Source: Nitrososphaeraceae archaeon (lineage in GTDB: Archaea > Thermoproteota > Nitrososphaeria > Nitrososphaerales > Nitrososphaeraceae). From it: a stretch of DNA of 64,000 nt. Where the stretch lies: the NCBI GenBank assembly GCA_044870765.1, contig JBIOZG010000015.1, positions 1 to 64,000 of the forward strand, read 5' to 3'. A model generated the notes under the pieces. It saw only the letters and a list, made by a program, of their open reading frames with translations, was not told the DNA's origin and did not search any database. Position 1 is the first letter of the stretch; each line of letters starts with the position of its first letter. The position numbers were made by a program, and so were the translations under genes. Shown here piece by piece: positions 8,436 through 18,145 of this stretch.

Positions 8436-8787
8436 GATTAGAGCTTTTGATGAATCTCCTTTATAAAAATAGCTGATTTTAACAGAACATGGAAAAGCAT
8501 TGGTATCAGGAATCGATTTTTGTAGGAATGTTCTGGGTATGACTTAGGTAGAGTGGAAATGGAAAAATTATTGATGTTAGCGATAAAATCATTATTATGT
8601 GTGTGAATGTAAGATAAATTGGTATGACGAATGCTTTAGTAATTGCATTCAAGCGAATCTTTTGTAATCATGATAGTACTTTTTCGTATAGAAAGTACAA
8701 TGATTTTGATTTCTTTGAATATGATAAATGTATGAACTGTGAAAAAGTAGTGAGATATCTTAGGGGTTTTGATGAAAGCATTAGAGG

Positions 8788-9006
8788 GTGATAACATTTA
8801 GCATTAATCTTCCAATTTTGATTATTCTTTGGTGGATAGGTGCCGTAATCGCTGGTATATCACTCTTGATTCCACAATACAACTACTATCTTATTGTGAG
8901 CTCTTTGGGATGGATAACGCTGGCAATAACATCAGGCCTAATTATATATGCAATAAAAAGAAATAATAAAGAAAGTCAGAAAAATATGCCGTCGAAAATT
9001 AGTTAA
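8788..9006 (+). CDS. small two-TM membrane protein
   Basis: Two hydrophobic stretches and a basic C-terminal tail. Confidence 0.65.
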   Translation: MITFSINLPILIILWWIGAVIAGISLLIPQYNYYLIVSSLGWITLAITSGLIIYAIKRNNKESQKNMPSKIS

Positions 9007-9253
9007 TTTCTTTGCCGCCTTGTTCTTCAATTACTACAAGAGTAACAGTAGATGTTATACCGGGAATCTTTCTTATTCTGCTAGTTATTGTATGATTCAT
9101 TGTTTCAGTATTGTCTGACTTTACTTTTACGAAAATATCATGAACGCCATATGTTCCACGTACTTCTCTTACGTCCGGCAGCTTCGCAATTTCGGTGATT
9201 ATTCTTTCCTCCGAACCAAGGGTGCAATTCACAAGTATGTATGCAGTAGACAA
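8999..9253 (-). CDS. stand-alone Lrp/AsnC ligand-binding (RAM) domain protein
   Basis: AYILVN...VREVRGTYGVHDIFVKV...IRKIPGITSTVTLVV; no N-terminal HTH. Confidence 0.9.
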   Translation of the reverse strand: MSTAYILVNCTLGSEERIITEIAKLPDVREVRGTYGVHDIFVKVKSDNTETMNHTITSRIRKIPGITSTVTLVVIEEQGGKEIN

Positions 9254-9325
9254 TGATGTTTCTAGAAATTTAGTGTATTTTAGTCTTTTCTATGAACTAG
9301 ATTTTTGCGATAAAATACGAGATAT

Positions 9326-10147
9326 TCAATATTTTAGTGTATAAAGTTTGTAGAGTTCACCGGTTCGCTTGCTTACATAATTCCATTCTCTTGCACTGTA
9401 GTTAACTCTAACAAATTTTTGTCTCAATTCAGGATGTAACCTTACATATACATCATCACCTATTGTGATATTATTCGACTTCGTTAAAGATGTCATTTTT
9501 GATGAGACACTCATACAATATCCCAGAATATCTAGTGGAGAAGTTTCATCATGACCATACTGAACAATAATGTTTTCACCCTCATCAATTCCAATTTTTG
9601 CACTTAAGTCTGGATAATCATACTGATTCAATATAGGATTTAGTCCGTTCTTAATAACAGTTAACATGGACATTCCACATCTGACAGCTCTATCACATAC
9701 TACAAACTTGTTAGATAAAGAAGGAAAGAATGCAATTACTGCGTCTCCCACATATTTCAAAACAAAACCTCCGTACCTATATACGCCTAATGACATTTCA
9801 TAGGTGAAGGCGCGTATTATTGTGACTAATTTGTCAACTGGAATGGTCATTGAGAGATTTGTTGAACCTACTAAATCTACATACAAAATAACAAGTGGAA
9901 TCTTGGAGTTGACATGATTTTTCAGAAAATTCTGTCCGGAATCCAAATTGGAATCGTACTGGTATCTCCTCTTAAGCGCCTTCCATATCCTATCTTGTGT
10001 TTGCTTTATTTGAGTGTCAGTATCGTATATTGCATCTGATTCCACCTTAGATTTCTTCTCGCCTGTGATCATAGAGATAAAAGGAGATGAGCTTTTAGTA
10101 AGATTTTGAGACTTGGCATTGTCCACTTCCTTATTGGTCGCTGTCAT
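9326..10147 (-). CDS. class III adenylate/guanylate cyclase domain protein
   Basis: ILYVDLVGST, VLKYVGDAVIAFF, KIGIDEG and DILG motifs. Confidence 0.9.
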   Translation of the reverse strand: MTATNKEVDNAKSQNLTKSSSPFISMITGEKKSKVESDAIYDTDTQIKQTQDRIWKALKRRYQYDSNLDSGQNFLKNHVNSKIPLVILYVDLVGSTNLSMTIPVDKLVTIIRAFTYEMSLGVYRYGGFVLKYVGDAVIAFFPSLSNKFVVCDRAVRCGMSMLTVIKNGLNPILNQYDYPDLSAKIGIDEGENIIVQYGHDETSPLDILGYCMSVSSKMTSLTKSNNITIGDDVYVRLHPELRQKFVRVNYSAREWNYVSKRTGELYKLYTLKY

Positions 10148-10339
10148 AAACTATTATCATTCCGATTCTTTTGATAGTTATCAACCAATAATAAGTTACT
10201 ATAGTGGTTATACATACCAATTACTTTATAAAATCAAACCAAAGAAACCCTATATGGTTTTTACTCTTGCTCATGAAATTTTCTTTATTTATATTATTTA
10301 TAGCATTTATGAAAATGCAAATAGTCTGATTTTACATCT

Positions 10340-10600
10340 TTATATGTCGTTTCCACGATTCTTTGCATTGTTTTCATTAACCGTGTGTCCAGCACACCAG
10401 TAGAAGTCAAAACTGTTATGACAATTGTCACATCTAATTTGATCTTTCATGTTGTGATCCTGCTGACCTTCATTATCATTACATGGTTGGTAAACAACTT
10501 TGTATTTTGCAATTGATGTGGTTGCGACATTCGAGTAGTTGCACTGAGGACAAGATATGTGAAATTCTAGCACATCGCTATCATTTTGACCACTTATCAT
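10340..10600 (-). CDS. small Zn-ribbon protein
   Basis: CPQC...CDNC plus an additional WCAGH. Confidence 0.7.
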   Translation of the reverse strand: MISGQNDSDVLEFHISCPQCNYSNVATTSIAKYKVVYQPCNDNEGQQDHNMKDQIRCDNCHNSFDFYWCAGHTVNENNAKNRGNDI

Positions 10601-10612
10601 TCGTAGCGCGGA

Positions 10613-10759
10613 CTATACAGACATAATACCTAAACAAGCTTTACAACCCGGGCACGAGCATACAGCGTAGTTAAACTGGTTTCCGTTATCTTCTTGTCCA
10701 ATGTGGAAATCCATCTGTGGCTTGGAAATTTCTTTTTTACATTCTGGACATATAACCAT
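10613..10759 (-). CDS. 48-aa Zn-finger microprotein (missed by the ORF track)
   Basis: MVICPECKKEISKPQMDFHIGQEDNGNQFNYAVCSCPGCKACLGIMSV*; ends 12 nt before the next Zn-ribbon gene. Confidence 0.75.
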   Translation of the reverse strand: MVICPECKKEISKPQMDFHIGQEDNGNQFNYAVCSCPGCKACLGIMSV

Positions 10760-11181
10760 TAATCTGTACTCTAGTGTTTTCCCTTAAAATATCTAACTCA
10801 AATAATACTACAGATTAGAATTTCTAAGCAGATGAGTTGCCCTTCCTGCCATGACTAGGATTCACCTCATTATCTCAATTGTGATGGTGTTGCTAATTGA
10901 TAAACTTGAACTCATCTCTAACCTATTGCAAAGCTGGTTAAGGATAACAGGGTTTTCAATAAGCAAACCTGTTGTAATTGTCGTTTTTATCGATTCTAAT
11001 CGCCTGAAAGTTACTCTATTTTAGACTTTACATGATTAAATTCCCATCTGGTTAACATGAAAGAATAATGTTCTATTCCTACGTTCAGATCTAACCTAGT
11101 AAAGAGGACCCTCTACTTTTTTTAGCACTTCTTACTCAATCCACTTATACTTTGCTTAGTATCATTTTGTGATAACAAGGC

Positions 11182-11514
11182 TTGAACACAAAAAACGTGT
11201 TAATGTTCGCAGCTCTGTCTATAGGAATATTGACAGCGCTAACAGGAACAGAGTTGTCACAGGTATCACCAGCATTTGCTGACAAGGAAGAGTGCGAAGA
11301 CAATGATGACGACAACTGTAACGTGAGGACTCACAAGATAATACAGCAGAATAACTGTAAGGCAGTGAATGAATATAAGCACATAGACACCATGGGCAGC
11401 CCAGTCAACAACAACCAATTTGAATGCACCAACACCCTTATAGCTCCGGCTAACGGCGATGACGATGAATTCGGAGAGAGTGCATTAGATGAGATATTCG
11501 GATCTATATCTTAG
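11182..11514 (+). CDS. secreted Asp/Asn/Cys-rich small protein
   Basis: Signal peptide ending VSPAFA, then DKEECEDNDDDNCN...QQNNC...NNQFECTN. Confidence 0.75.
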   Translation: MNTKNVLMFAALSIGILTALTGTELSQVSPAFADKEECEDNDDDNCNVRTHKIIQQNNCKAVNEYKHIDTMGSPVNNNQFECTNTLIAPANGDDDEFGESALDEIFGSIS

Positions 11515-11700
11515 CCTACAGAAGTAACAGGTAACAATATCGTTACTTTACAACACTTTTTCTTTAGTTGATGATAGATAGATTCATGAGTAATTAATTT
11601 CAGGTCAATTATTTTTCGTGAGTCCAACCGGGTTAACTTTTTTATGGTTTGTTGTCTATAGCCTTACAAGTGTCGACAAGAGACAAGAACACGCGCATGG

Positions 11701-11735
11701 CTGGTGGGCCTTTTACAAATTGGCCCATCAGTTTT
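11701..11735 (+). other. GC-rich hairpin followed by T4
   Basis: CTGGTGGGCC-N11-GGCCCATCAG (10 bp, one G-U pair), then TTTT. Confidence 0.45.
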
Positions 11736-11955
11736 AGGTGATTCCAACAAATAATTTGAATTTTTTTTAAAATGCTGTGAATAATTGGATAAGTGCAGAG
11801 TTCATAAAACTGAAATCAGCTAATTATGCAACTATTCGATATTCAATAAGGGTTAGATTTTCTAATTGCCTCATAGAAAATTTTGATTTTATCAATACTT
11901 CTGTAACTTTGATTAAATTGATCTAAAGAAAGACTAATTAGGACCAAAGTATATC

Positions 11956-12837
11956 TTGAGTAAGGATATCTGTTTTTTGAGAATCCCAAATAAAGATAAT
12001 GATGGCTTTGCTAAAGTATTAAATGCTCACTTTGTTAATATCGAAAATGCTTATTTGTGCAGCATGAAACCAATTCTGACTACAACAGAGATTAACGTGA
12101 TGCTTCAGGATGGTTCTGTTACAAAGTCTTCCACTTTTGACCCACAATCCATAATTCAGTTTTACCGTTCCTTTCTTAAAGATCTACGAAACTGGGAGGT
12201 TGGCGATATTCAAGAAACAACAGGCGAACTAAATCGCATTTATTGTCAGATTTCAGCCAATCTCGATAATTATACTATCAAAGGATTTTTTGGGATACAA
12301 TTCAATATTTTACCATACTATAAAGCAGATAAACAAGTTATACAGATACAAAAAGAACTACTTGATCTTTCGACAGAGAATTCTACGTTATTAGAATCAG
12401 TAGCAAATATTGGTAACCAGACTATAAAACAAGAATTAAAGAACATGTCGCTTGATGATTTAGAATTTGGAGATTTGTTTGAAAGGTTACTTGAAAATCA
12501 AGAATTAATTGGGAATCTGGAAGAAAAAATGAAGAACATTGAAAGAAAGTATCCACAGCTGGAAGGAGCTGAGAAAAAAAGAAATTCATTGATTTACGAA
12601 TTGAATGACTTGATCATAAAGGTTTACCAGGTATCTCCTATCTTGATTGATTATAATAGACTTATGCAGGGTGAAGAAGGTATCATAGTATACTTTGATA
12701 TTGAACCAAAGGCTGATCCCAAAGGGAAAAACTCTAGTAAATTGGTAAATCTTGCAAGGATGAAAGCTCCCACAAAGAAAGAGATTTCTGACCTTTTTAA
12801 AGAAATTAGCTCATTATTGAGTAAGAAGCGCTTATAA
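11956..12837 (+). CDS. hypothetical protein with a coiled-coil region
   Basis: Long ORF with a helical/coiled-coil middle; the start is probably downstream of the called TTG. Confidence 0.7.
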   Translation: MSKDICFLRIPNKDNDGFAKVLNAHFVNIENAYLCSMKPILTTTEINVMLQDGSVTKSSTFDPQSIIQFYRSFLKDLRNWEVGDIQETTGELNRIYCQISANLDNYTIKGFFGIQFNILPYYKADKQVIQIQKELLDLSTENSTLLESVANIGNQTIKQELKNMSLDDLEFGDLFERLLENQELIGNLEEKMKNIERKYPQLEGAEKKRNSLIYELNDLIIKVYQVSPILIDYNRLMQGEEGIIVYFDIEPKADPKGKNSSKLVNLARMKAPTKKEISDLFKEISSLLSKKRL

Positions 12838-12904
12838 CTATAACAGCTCCTACTATAGCAATAAAAACAAAATTCATAATATTGGACAAATAAGGGTTAT
12901 TTGG

Positions 12905-14152
12905 TTGAACGCGCCTAGCAAGATGTACGTTAAAAACAAGATTCCGTCAGTAGAGGACATTTTTAGAGCACAAAAATTAATGGACAAGGCAGCAGTGAGA
13001 AAGACGCCATTATCAAAATCAAATACATTTTCAACAATCGCAAGAACAAATATCTTCCTAAAATTTGAATCATTTCAGCGGACGGGTTCCTTCAAGGTGA
13101 GGGGAGCATACGCAAAAATCAATTCCCTGACAGACGAGCAATACAAATCGGGAATTATTGCTGCTTCAGCGGGTAATCATGCCCAAGGTGTTGCCTATGC
13201 TGCTCAGAGGAGAAATATCAAATGTAACATAGTAATGCCAAAAAATGCTTCTCCTGCAAAGGTTGCTGCCACTCGTTCTTATGGCGCAAATGTAATTCTT
13301 TCGGGAGATACATATGACGAATCATGGAAAACAGCTGATTCTTTGTCAAGGGAGTATGGATATTCAATTATCCATGCATTCGATGATCCAATAGTCATAT
13401 CAGGTCAAGGTACCATTGGTCTGGAACTTATGGAAGACTTGAAGGAGATTGACAAGATCTATTTACCGGTTGGCGGTGGTGGACTTGCCTCGGGGGTATC
13501 TTTAGCTTTAAAGGCTAGAAGACCTAATGTCAAGATTATTGGGGTTGAGTCCAAGCAGTTTCCAGCTATGAAAAAATCAATTGATCATGGAAGTCTATGT
13601 CATATTAAAGGTGGATTTTCTATCGCTGATGGTATTTCTGTCAAATCTCCTGGAGAGCTTACTTTTGAAATATGTTCAAAATATTTGGACGACATCGTTA
13701 CTATAGATGACGTTGCTATTGTAGAGACTATGTTTATGCTTATGGAAAGGGAAAAGGTTGTAGTTGAACCCGCTGGCGCAGCGAGTCTGGCATACATCCT
13801 TTCGAATAGTAAAGTGAGAAAAAATCAAAACATTATTTCTATCCTTTCAGGAGGTAATATTGACATGTATCTTTTAGGACAAATAGTATCAAAGGGATTA
13901 ATGCAGATGGGAAGGTTGGTTAAAATCTTTATTCAATTACCCGACAAACCAGGAGCTCTAAAAAATGTCGTGGACAAAATAGCCGAACTCAGTGTTAATA
14001 TAGTTCAGGTTGAACATGATCGCCTAAGTTCCAACGTTGCGGCCGGCTCTGCTGGAGTTTATCTTAGCTTAGAGTTAGAGAATGAAAAACATTCAAGGAA
14101 ACTTTTAGATTTCCTGAAGCAGGAAAAAATGGTTTTTAAGATTGTGTCTTAG
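12905..14152 (+). CDS. ilvA: threonine dehydratase with C-terminal ACT domain
   Basis: QRTGSFKVRGA (PLP Lys), ASAGNHAQG, VGGGGL, SGGNID and ACT domain LPDKPGAL. Confidence 0.95.
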   Translation: MNAPSKMYVKNKIPSVEDIFRAQKLMDKAAVRKTPLSKSNTFSTIARTNIFLKFESFQRTGSFKVRGAYAKINSLTDEQYKSGIIAASAGNHAQGVAYAAQRRNIKCNIVMPKNASPAKVAATRSYGANVILSGDTYDESWKTADSLSREYGYSIIHAFDDPIVISGQGTIGLELMEDLKEIDKIYLPVGGGGLASGVSLALKARRPNVKIIGVESKQFPAMKKSIDHGSLCHIKGGFSIADGISVKSPGELTFEICSKYLDDIVTIDDVAIVETMFMLMEREKVVVEPAGAASLAYILSNSKVRKNQNIISILSGGNIDMYLLGQIVSKGLMQMGRLVKIFIQLPDKPGALKNVVDKIAELSVNIVQVEHDRLSSNVAAGSAGVYLSLELENEKHSRKLLDFLKQEKMVFKIVS

Positions 14153-15573
14153 CTACAGTAGCAATATTCTCTGAAACCGGCTTTATCTGCCGTAGAACCG
14201 CCAATCTTGACCAGAACAAATTCGTTCTTGGCCCTAGCATAAGAATCATTTAAATTTCGCTGATTTTCACGCAAAATTTGATACTCATCCATAGATAATT
14301 TCTTGCGTAAACCAATTTCGTCTTCGAGATTCATGTCCTTTACTATTTCCTTATAACCTGCTTGAATAACTCCGCTAAATACCATAGCACTGCTGCCACT
14401 TCCATATGACGCAAATCCTATTCTATAACCTTCGATATCGCGATTTTTCTTGTACTCGTATTCTAGTAAACTTCTTAATCCCATATACATAGACGCTGTA
14501 TACAAATTACCTATACTGTTAGAAGCTTCAAGCGAGCTTGACATCTTTTTCTCGTATACTTCGTTGTAAAAGGAAGTTTGCATGAATGCTTTTCTAAATT
14601 GCTCATCAGCCTTCATGAACTCTTTATCTGCTAAAATGGATTCTATAGTTCCTCGACTATCATTTAATATCGGTTCATGAAATCCTATCTCTTTAATAAC
14701 ATGCTGCCATCGTGGAAGTGTTCTCCATTCATGTCTCAGTAAATATGCAAGTGCCTTTTCTCCCATTCTTCTATATGGTAAATGCACTGTAAACAAATCA
14801 ATGTAATCGGTTATGGATTCGCCATCCTTAAGATGAATCAATCCTGTTCTCATTGCCTTTTCTTTATAACTATCAAATGCCTTTCTAACCTGTATTAAAT
14901 ATAGTAAATTGGAGTATAGTCCATTTACAAGTGGAGTTTCCTTCCCAAACGGTCTATAGAAATCATACTCATTCTTGATTATGGTTGAAGTGACTTTTGG
15001 ATCTAGGGCAAGCAATCTGGGTTCCTCCTTTATTAAAAGCGCTACTGCTCCTGCTCCTTGTGTATATTCTCCAGCCGATCCTACGTCGTATTTGGCTATG
15101 TCGCTCACAACAACAATGGCGGCTTTGTCATTGTTCTCTTCTGCTCTAATCCAATTGGTATTGTCGTAAATTGCGTAAGATCCACTGACGCATGCAAATT
15201 TACATTCTATTCCTCCGGCATGCTCAAATGAACCATCACCGTACACCTGTTCCAGCATACCTACAACAAATGAGTTTAATGCCTTTGATTCGTCAAGACT
15301 TGATTCTGTTGCTACATACAACCTGCCAATATCGTTAGGATGTAAGTTATTCTTCTTCATCAGCTCAAGACATGCGTTAGATGCCATACATGCTGAATCC
15401 TGATTTGTATCTACCAGAGCCATTTTTTTTATGCCAATACCATGTTCTAATTTTTGGGGATCAATTCCTCTTGCCTGAGCAAAATCTTTGTAGTCGATAT
15501 ACAATTTTGGAACGTATATAGCAAGGTCGTCAATGCCAGCTGGCATATTAACACTTTTTCTCACTCTGGACAT
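14149..15573 (-). CDS. hydroxymethylglutaryl-CoA synthase
   Basis: VATES..DESK, KFACVSG (catalytic Cys), GEYTQGAGAVA, HLPY, GNLYTAS and SYGSG. Confidence 0.93.
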   Translation of the reverse strand: MSRVRKSVNMPAGIDDLAIYVPKLYIDYKDFAQARGIDPQKLEHGIGIKKMALVDTNQDSACMASNACLELMKKNNLHPNDIGRLYVATESSLDESKALNSFVVGMLEQVYGDGSFEHAGGIECKFACVSGSYAIYDNTNWIRAEENNDKAAIVVVSDIAKYDVGSAGEYTQGAGAVALLIKEEPRLLALDPKVTSTIIKNEYDFYRPFGKETPLVNGLYSNLLYLIQVRKAFDSYKEKAMRTGLIHLKDGESITDYIDLFTVHLPYRRMGEKALAYLLRHEWRTLPRWQHVIKEIGFHEPILNDSRGTIESILADKEFMKADEQFRKAFMQTSFYNEVYEKKMSSSLEASNSIGNLYTASMYMGLRSLLEYEYKKNRDIEGYRIGFASYGSGSSAMVFSGVIQAGYKEIVKDMNLEDEIGLRKKLSMDEYQILRENQRNLNDSYARAKNEFVLVKIGGSTADKAGFREYCYCS

Positions 15574-15804
15574 TTAAAGGTACTTGTTGATTTTCGAGCC
15601 TGATTAAAAGAAAATCGTTAAAAAATTGGCATCTTTCTAAGAAAATACATCATTTATGTCAGACAATTAATACGATTGTTCCAAGTACTGATGGCTTTTT
15701 CAATATACTCAAGAAGACAATTTAAGACTAAACAGCAGAGATTTCAGAAAATAATTCTAATCTTTGTATCCAGAGAGTACATTTTTACTCACTACCTTTC
15801 ATAC

Positions 15805-16926
15805 CTAATGGACACGTATGGTTTCGTAGAAATTATTACGTTCATGCGCAAGGAAACCAATCTGCTTAATTGCTGCAACTATCTTGTCTGAAGTTAATTC
15901 TGTGGATCTAGCGCCGGTCGCACTTACTACTTCCTCACCGATTAAAGTGCCTCCAAAGTCATCAGCGCCATAGGTTAATGCAAGTTGAGCCATTCCAATA
16001 CCATTTGTAAGCCATGAAGATTGGAGATGATCGATAAGTCCTGAAAAGATTATTCTCGAAATTGCAATCGTTTTTAGTAATTCTAAACCTCCAGAGGAAT
16101 ATTTTATAATGCCATCTGCTTGCATCTTCGTATTATTTGGCTCAAAGCTCCATGGAATAAATGACATAAATCCACGAGTCTTTTCTTGCAAATCAGCGAT
16201 CTTCATCAAATGTCTTGCGCGTTGTTCAATATCCTCCCCTGTACCGTACATCATTGTAGCCGAAGATTTTATACCCAAATCGTGGGCTTGTTTCATAATA
16301 TTTAACCACTCATTACTTTTTATTTTCAGTGGGCTTATTTTCGACTTTACAATATCATCCAGAATTTCCGCACCAGCACCTGGCAATGAGTCCAAACCTG
16401 CTTTTTGCAATCTAGACAGTACTTCTTTAGTGCTGCTCCTTTCGACCTTGGAAATGGTATCAATTTCAGAAGCTGAAAGTCCATGAATGGCGACATCAGG
16501 GCACTTTTCCTTAATTGTTCTGAACGCTACTTCATAATACTCAATCTTGAGATCTGGGTTATGACCTCCTTGCATCAAAACCTGACTTATTCCGAATTGA
16601 TCTCTAGCCGTAACAACTCTTTTTACAACATCTTCTACAGATAACGTATATCCTTCTGAATCACCAGGCGCTCTGTAAAACGCACAAAATTTGCAATAAG
16701 TTATGCATACATTAGTATAATTTAGAATGATGTTATTAACAAATGTTGCAACTTTACCAAATAATTTTTCTCTTAATATATTTCCTATAATGCCCAAGGC
16801 GTAGGGGTTGTCTGATTTTAACAAGCGGATGCAGTCATTCAAATCCAATCTATTTCCGTGCAGCACTTGATCTAGAATATCACTAACATCAGATTTCTGG
16901 ATCAATTCCTGTGCAAATAAACTCAT
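15805..16926 (-). CDS. mqnC: cyclic dehypoxanthine futalosine synthase (radical SAM, CofH/MqnC family)
   Basis: NYTNVCITYCKFCAFYR, QGGHNPDL, LPGAGAEIL, FIPWSFEP and LQSSWLT. Confidence 0.85.
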   Translation of the reverse strand: MSLFAQELIQKSDVSDILDQVLHGNRLDLNDCIRLLKSDNPYALGIIGNILREKLFGKVATFVNNIILNYTNVCITYCKFCAFYRAPGDSEGYTLSVEDVVKRVVTARDQFGISQVLMQGGHNPDLKIEYYEVAFRTIKEKCPDVAIHGLSASEIDTISKVERSSTKEVLSRLQKAGLDSLPGAGAEILDDIVKSKISPLKIKSNEWLNIMKQAHDLGIKSSATMMYGTGEDIEQRARHLMKIADLQEKTRGFMSFIPWSFEPNNTKMQADGIIKYSSGGLELLKTIAISRIIFSGLIDHLQSSWLTNGIGMAQLALTYGADDFGGTLIGEEVVSATGARSTELTSDKIVAAIKQIGFLAHERNNFYETIRVH

Positions 16927-16940
16927 GAGCTATATCTTTC

Positions 16941-18119
16941 ATGACGATTGTCAAGGATATTTATTCTTTACAAACATTGTTAAAAAGCGAAGATTTTATA
17001 GTCGTTGTGGACCACCAACTAAACAATTTGTTACAGAGTATTTCAGGCAGTTCAAATGCTGTAGAAAAGGTCATCCATGGAGAAGAATTATCATTCAACG
17101 ATGGTTTGGAATTACTCAATAGCGAAAATGTCTTCGTCTTGGGCGCCGCTGCAAATTTGGTAAAAAAAAAACTAAGTGGTAACGTCATAACTTTTGTTGC
17201 TTCATATTACCTGAATTATACTAATGTATGTGCGGCAAGTTGCCCGCTTTGTGCGTTTTATAGAAAAGGAGACGAACCTGATTCGTATACACTGACAATC
17301 GAACAGATACTATCAAGAGCAAGAATAGCAATAAACGATATGAAGGCCACAGAGCTTCATATAGTCGGTGGGTTCCATCCAAAATTAGGACTTGATTATT
17401 ATGAAAAAATGATAAGGGAAATTAAGAAAGAATTTCCATCAATAACAGTAAAAGCGCTTACACCCGCGGAAATTCATTTCATTTCTCATGTAACCAAGAA
17501 TTCTGTAAAAGAAGTACTTTCTAGATTAAAGGCAGCTGGATTGGATGCTCTACCTGGTGGAGGAGCAGAAATATTCAGTAAAGAGATAAGAGACACAATC
17601 GTACGGGGCAAGTGTTCTGGCGATGAATGGCTCAAGACAGCTGAAATCGCACATGAAATGGGAATAAAATCAAATTGTACTATGCTCTTTGGCCATGTTG
17701 AGGAACCCAAGCACATCATTGATCATCTAATTAAGGTTCGACAATTACAAAGAAAAACGGGAGGTTTTATCACTTTTATCCCATTGAAGTTTAGCCTTGA
17801 TAACACAGAACTTGAACAAAAGGGATTAATTGACAAGGAAAGTTCATCACTATATGACTTGAAAGTAATTGCTCTATCAAGGCTCATGCTGGCTACTGCT
17901 ATGAAAAATATTTCTGTATATTGGGTTGCACTTGGAAAAAAATTAGCTCAGGTCGCACTATCATATGGAGGGAACGATCTAGTTGGTACTGCTTTTTCAG
18001 AAGAGATCTTCAAGGCCGCAGGCAAATCCACGGGAACATCGATTCAAGAATTAGCATCTTTGATTAAAGACGCAAAATATGTTCCCCTACAAAGAGATAC
18101 GTTTTTCAATATTCTATAG
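16941..18119 (+). CDS. mqnE: aminofutalosine synthase (radical SAM, MqnE family)
   Basis: NYTNVCAASCPLCAF, ELHIVGGFHP, LPGGGAEIF, SNCTMLFGHVE, FIPLKF and VYWV; the true start is likely downstream of the called ATG. Confidence 0.82.
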   Translation: MTIVKDIYSLQTLLKSEDFIVVVDHQLNNLLQSISGSSNAVEKVIHGEELSFNDGLELLNSENVFVLGAAANLVKKKLSGNVITFVASYYLNYTNVCAASCPLCAFYRKGDEPDSYTLTIEQILSRARIAINDMKATELHIVGGFHPKLGLDYYEKMIREIKKEFPSITVKALTPAEIHFISHVTKNSVKEVLSRLKAAGLDALPGGGAEIFSKEIRDTIVRGKCSGDEWLKTAEIAHEMGIKSNCTMLFGHVEEPKHIIDHLIKVRQLQRKTGGFITFIPLKFSLDNTELEQKGLIDKESSSLYDLKVIALSRLMLATAMKNISVYWVALGKKLAQVALSYGGNDLVGTAFSEEIFKAAGKSTGTSIQELASLIKDAKYVPLQRDTFFNIL

Positions 18120-18145
18120 CATATGCATTTGATTAAAAGTCATCA

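Noticed and set aside
10851-11024. 57-codon plus-strand ORF containing an AACAGG...CCTGTT inverted repeat
   Set aside because: No recognisable motif, and the stem is short and imperfect; compatible with chance.
7771-11950. tRNA-Phe-anchored integrated element
   Set aside because: The region is gene-sparse and looks accessory, but I found no integrase and no duplicated tRNA 3' end.
15805-18119. CofG/CofH F420 synthase assignment for the two radical SAM genes
   Set aside because: The motifs and the adjacency to mqnD fit MqnC/MqnE better.
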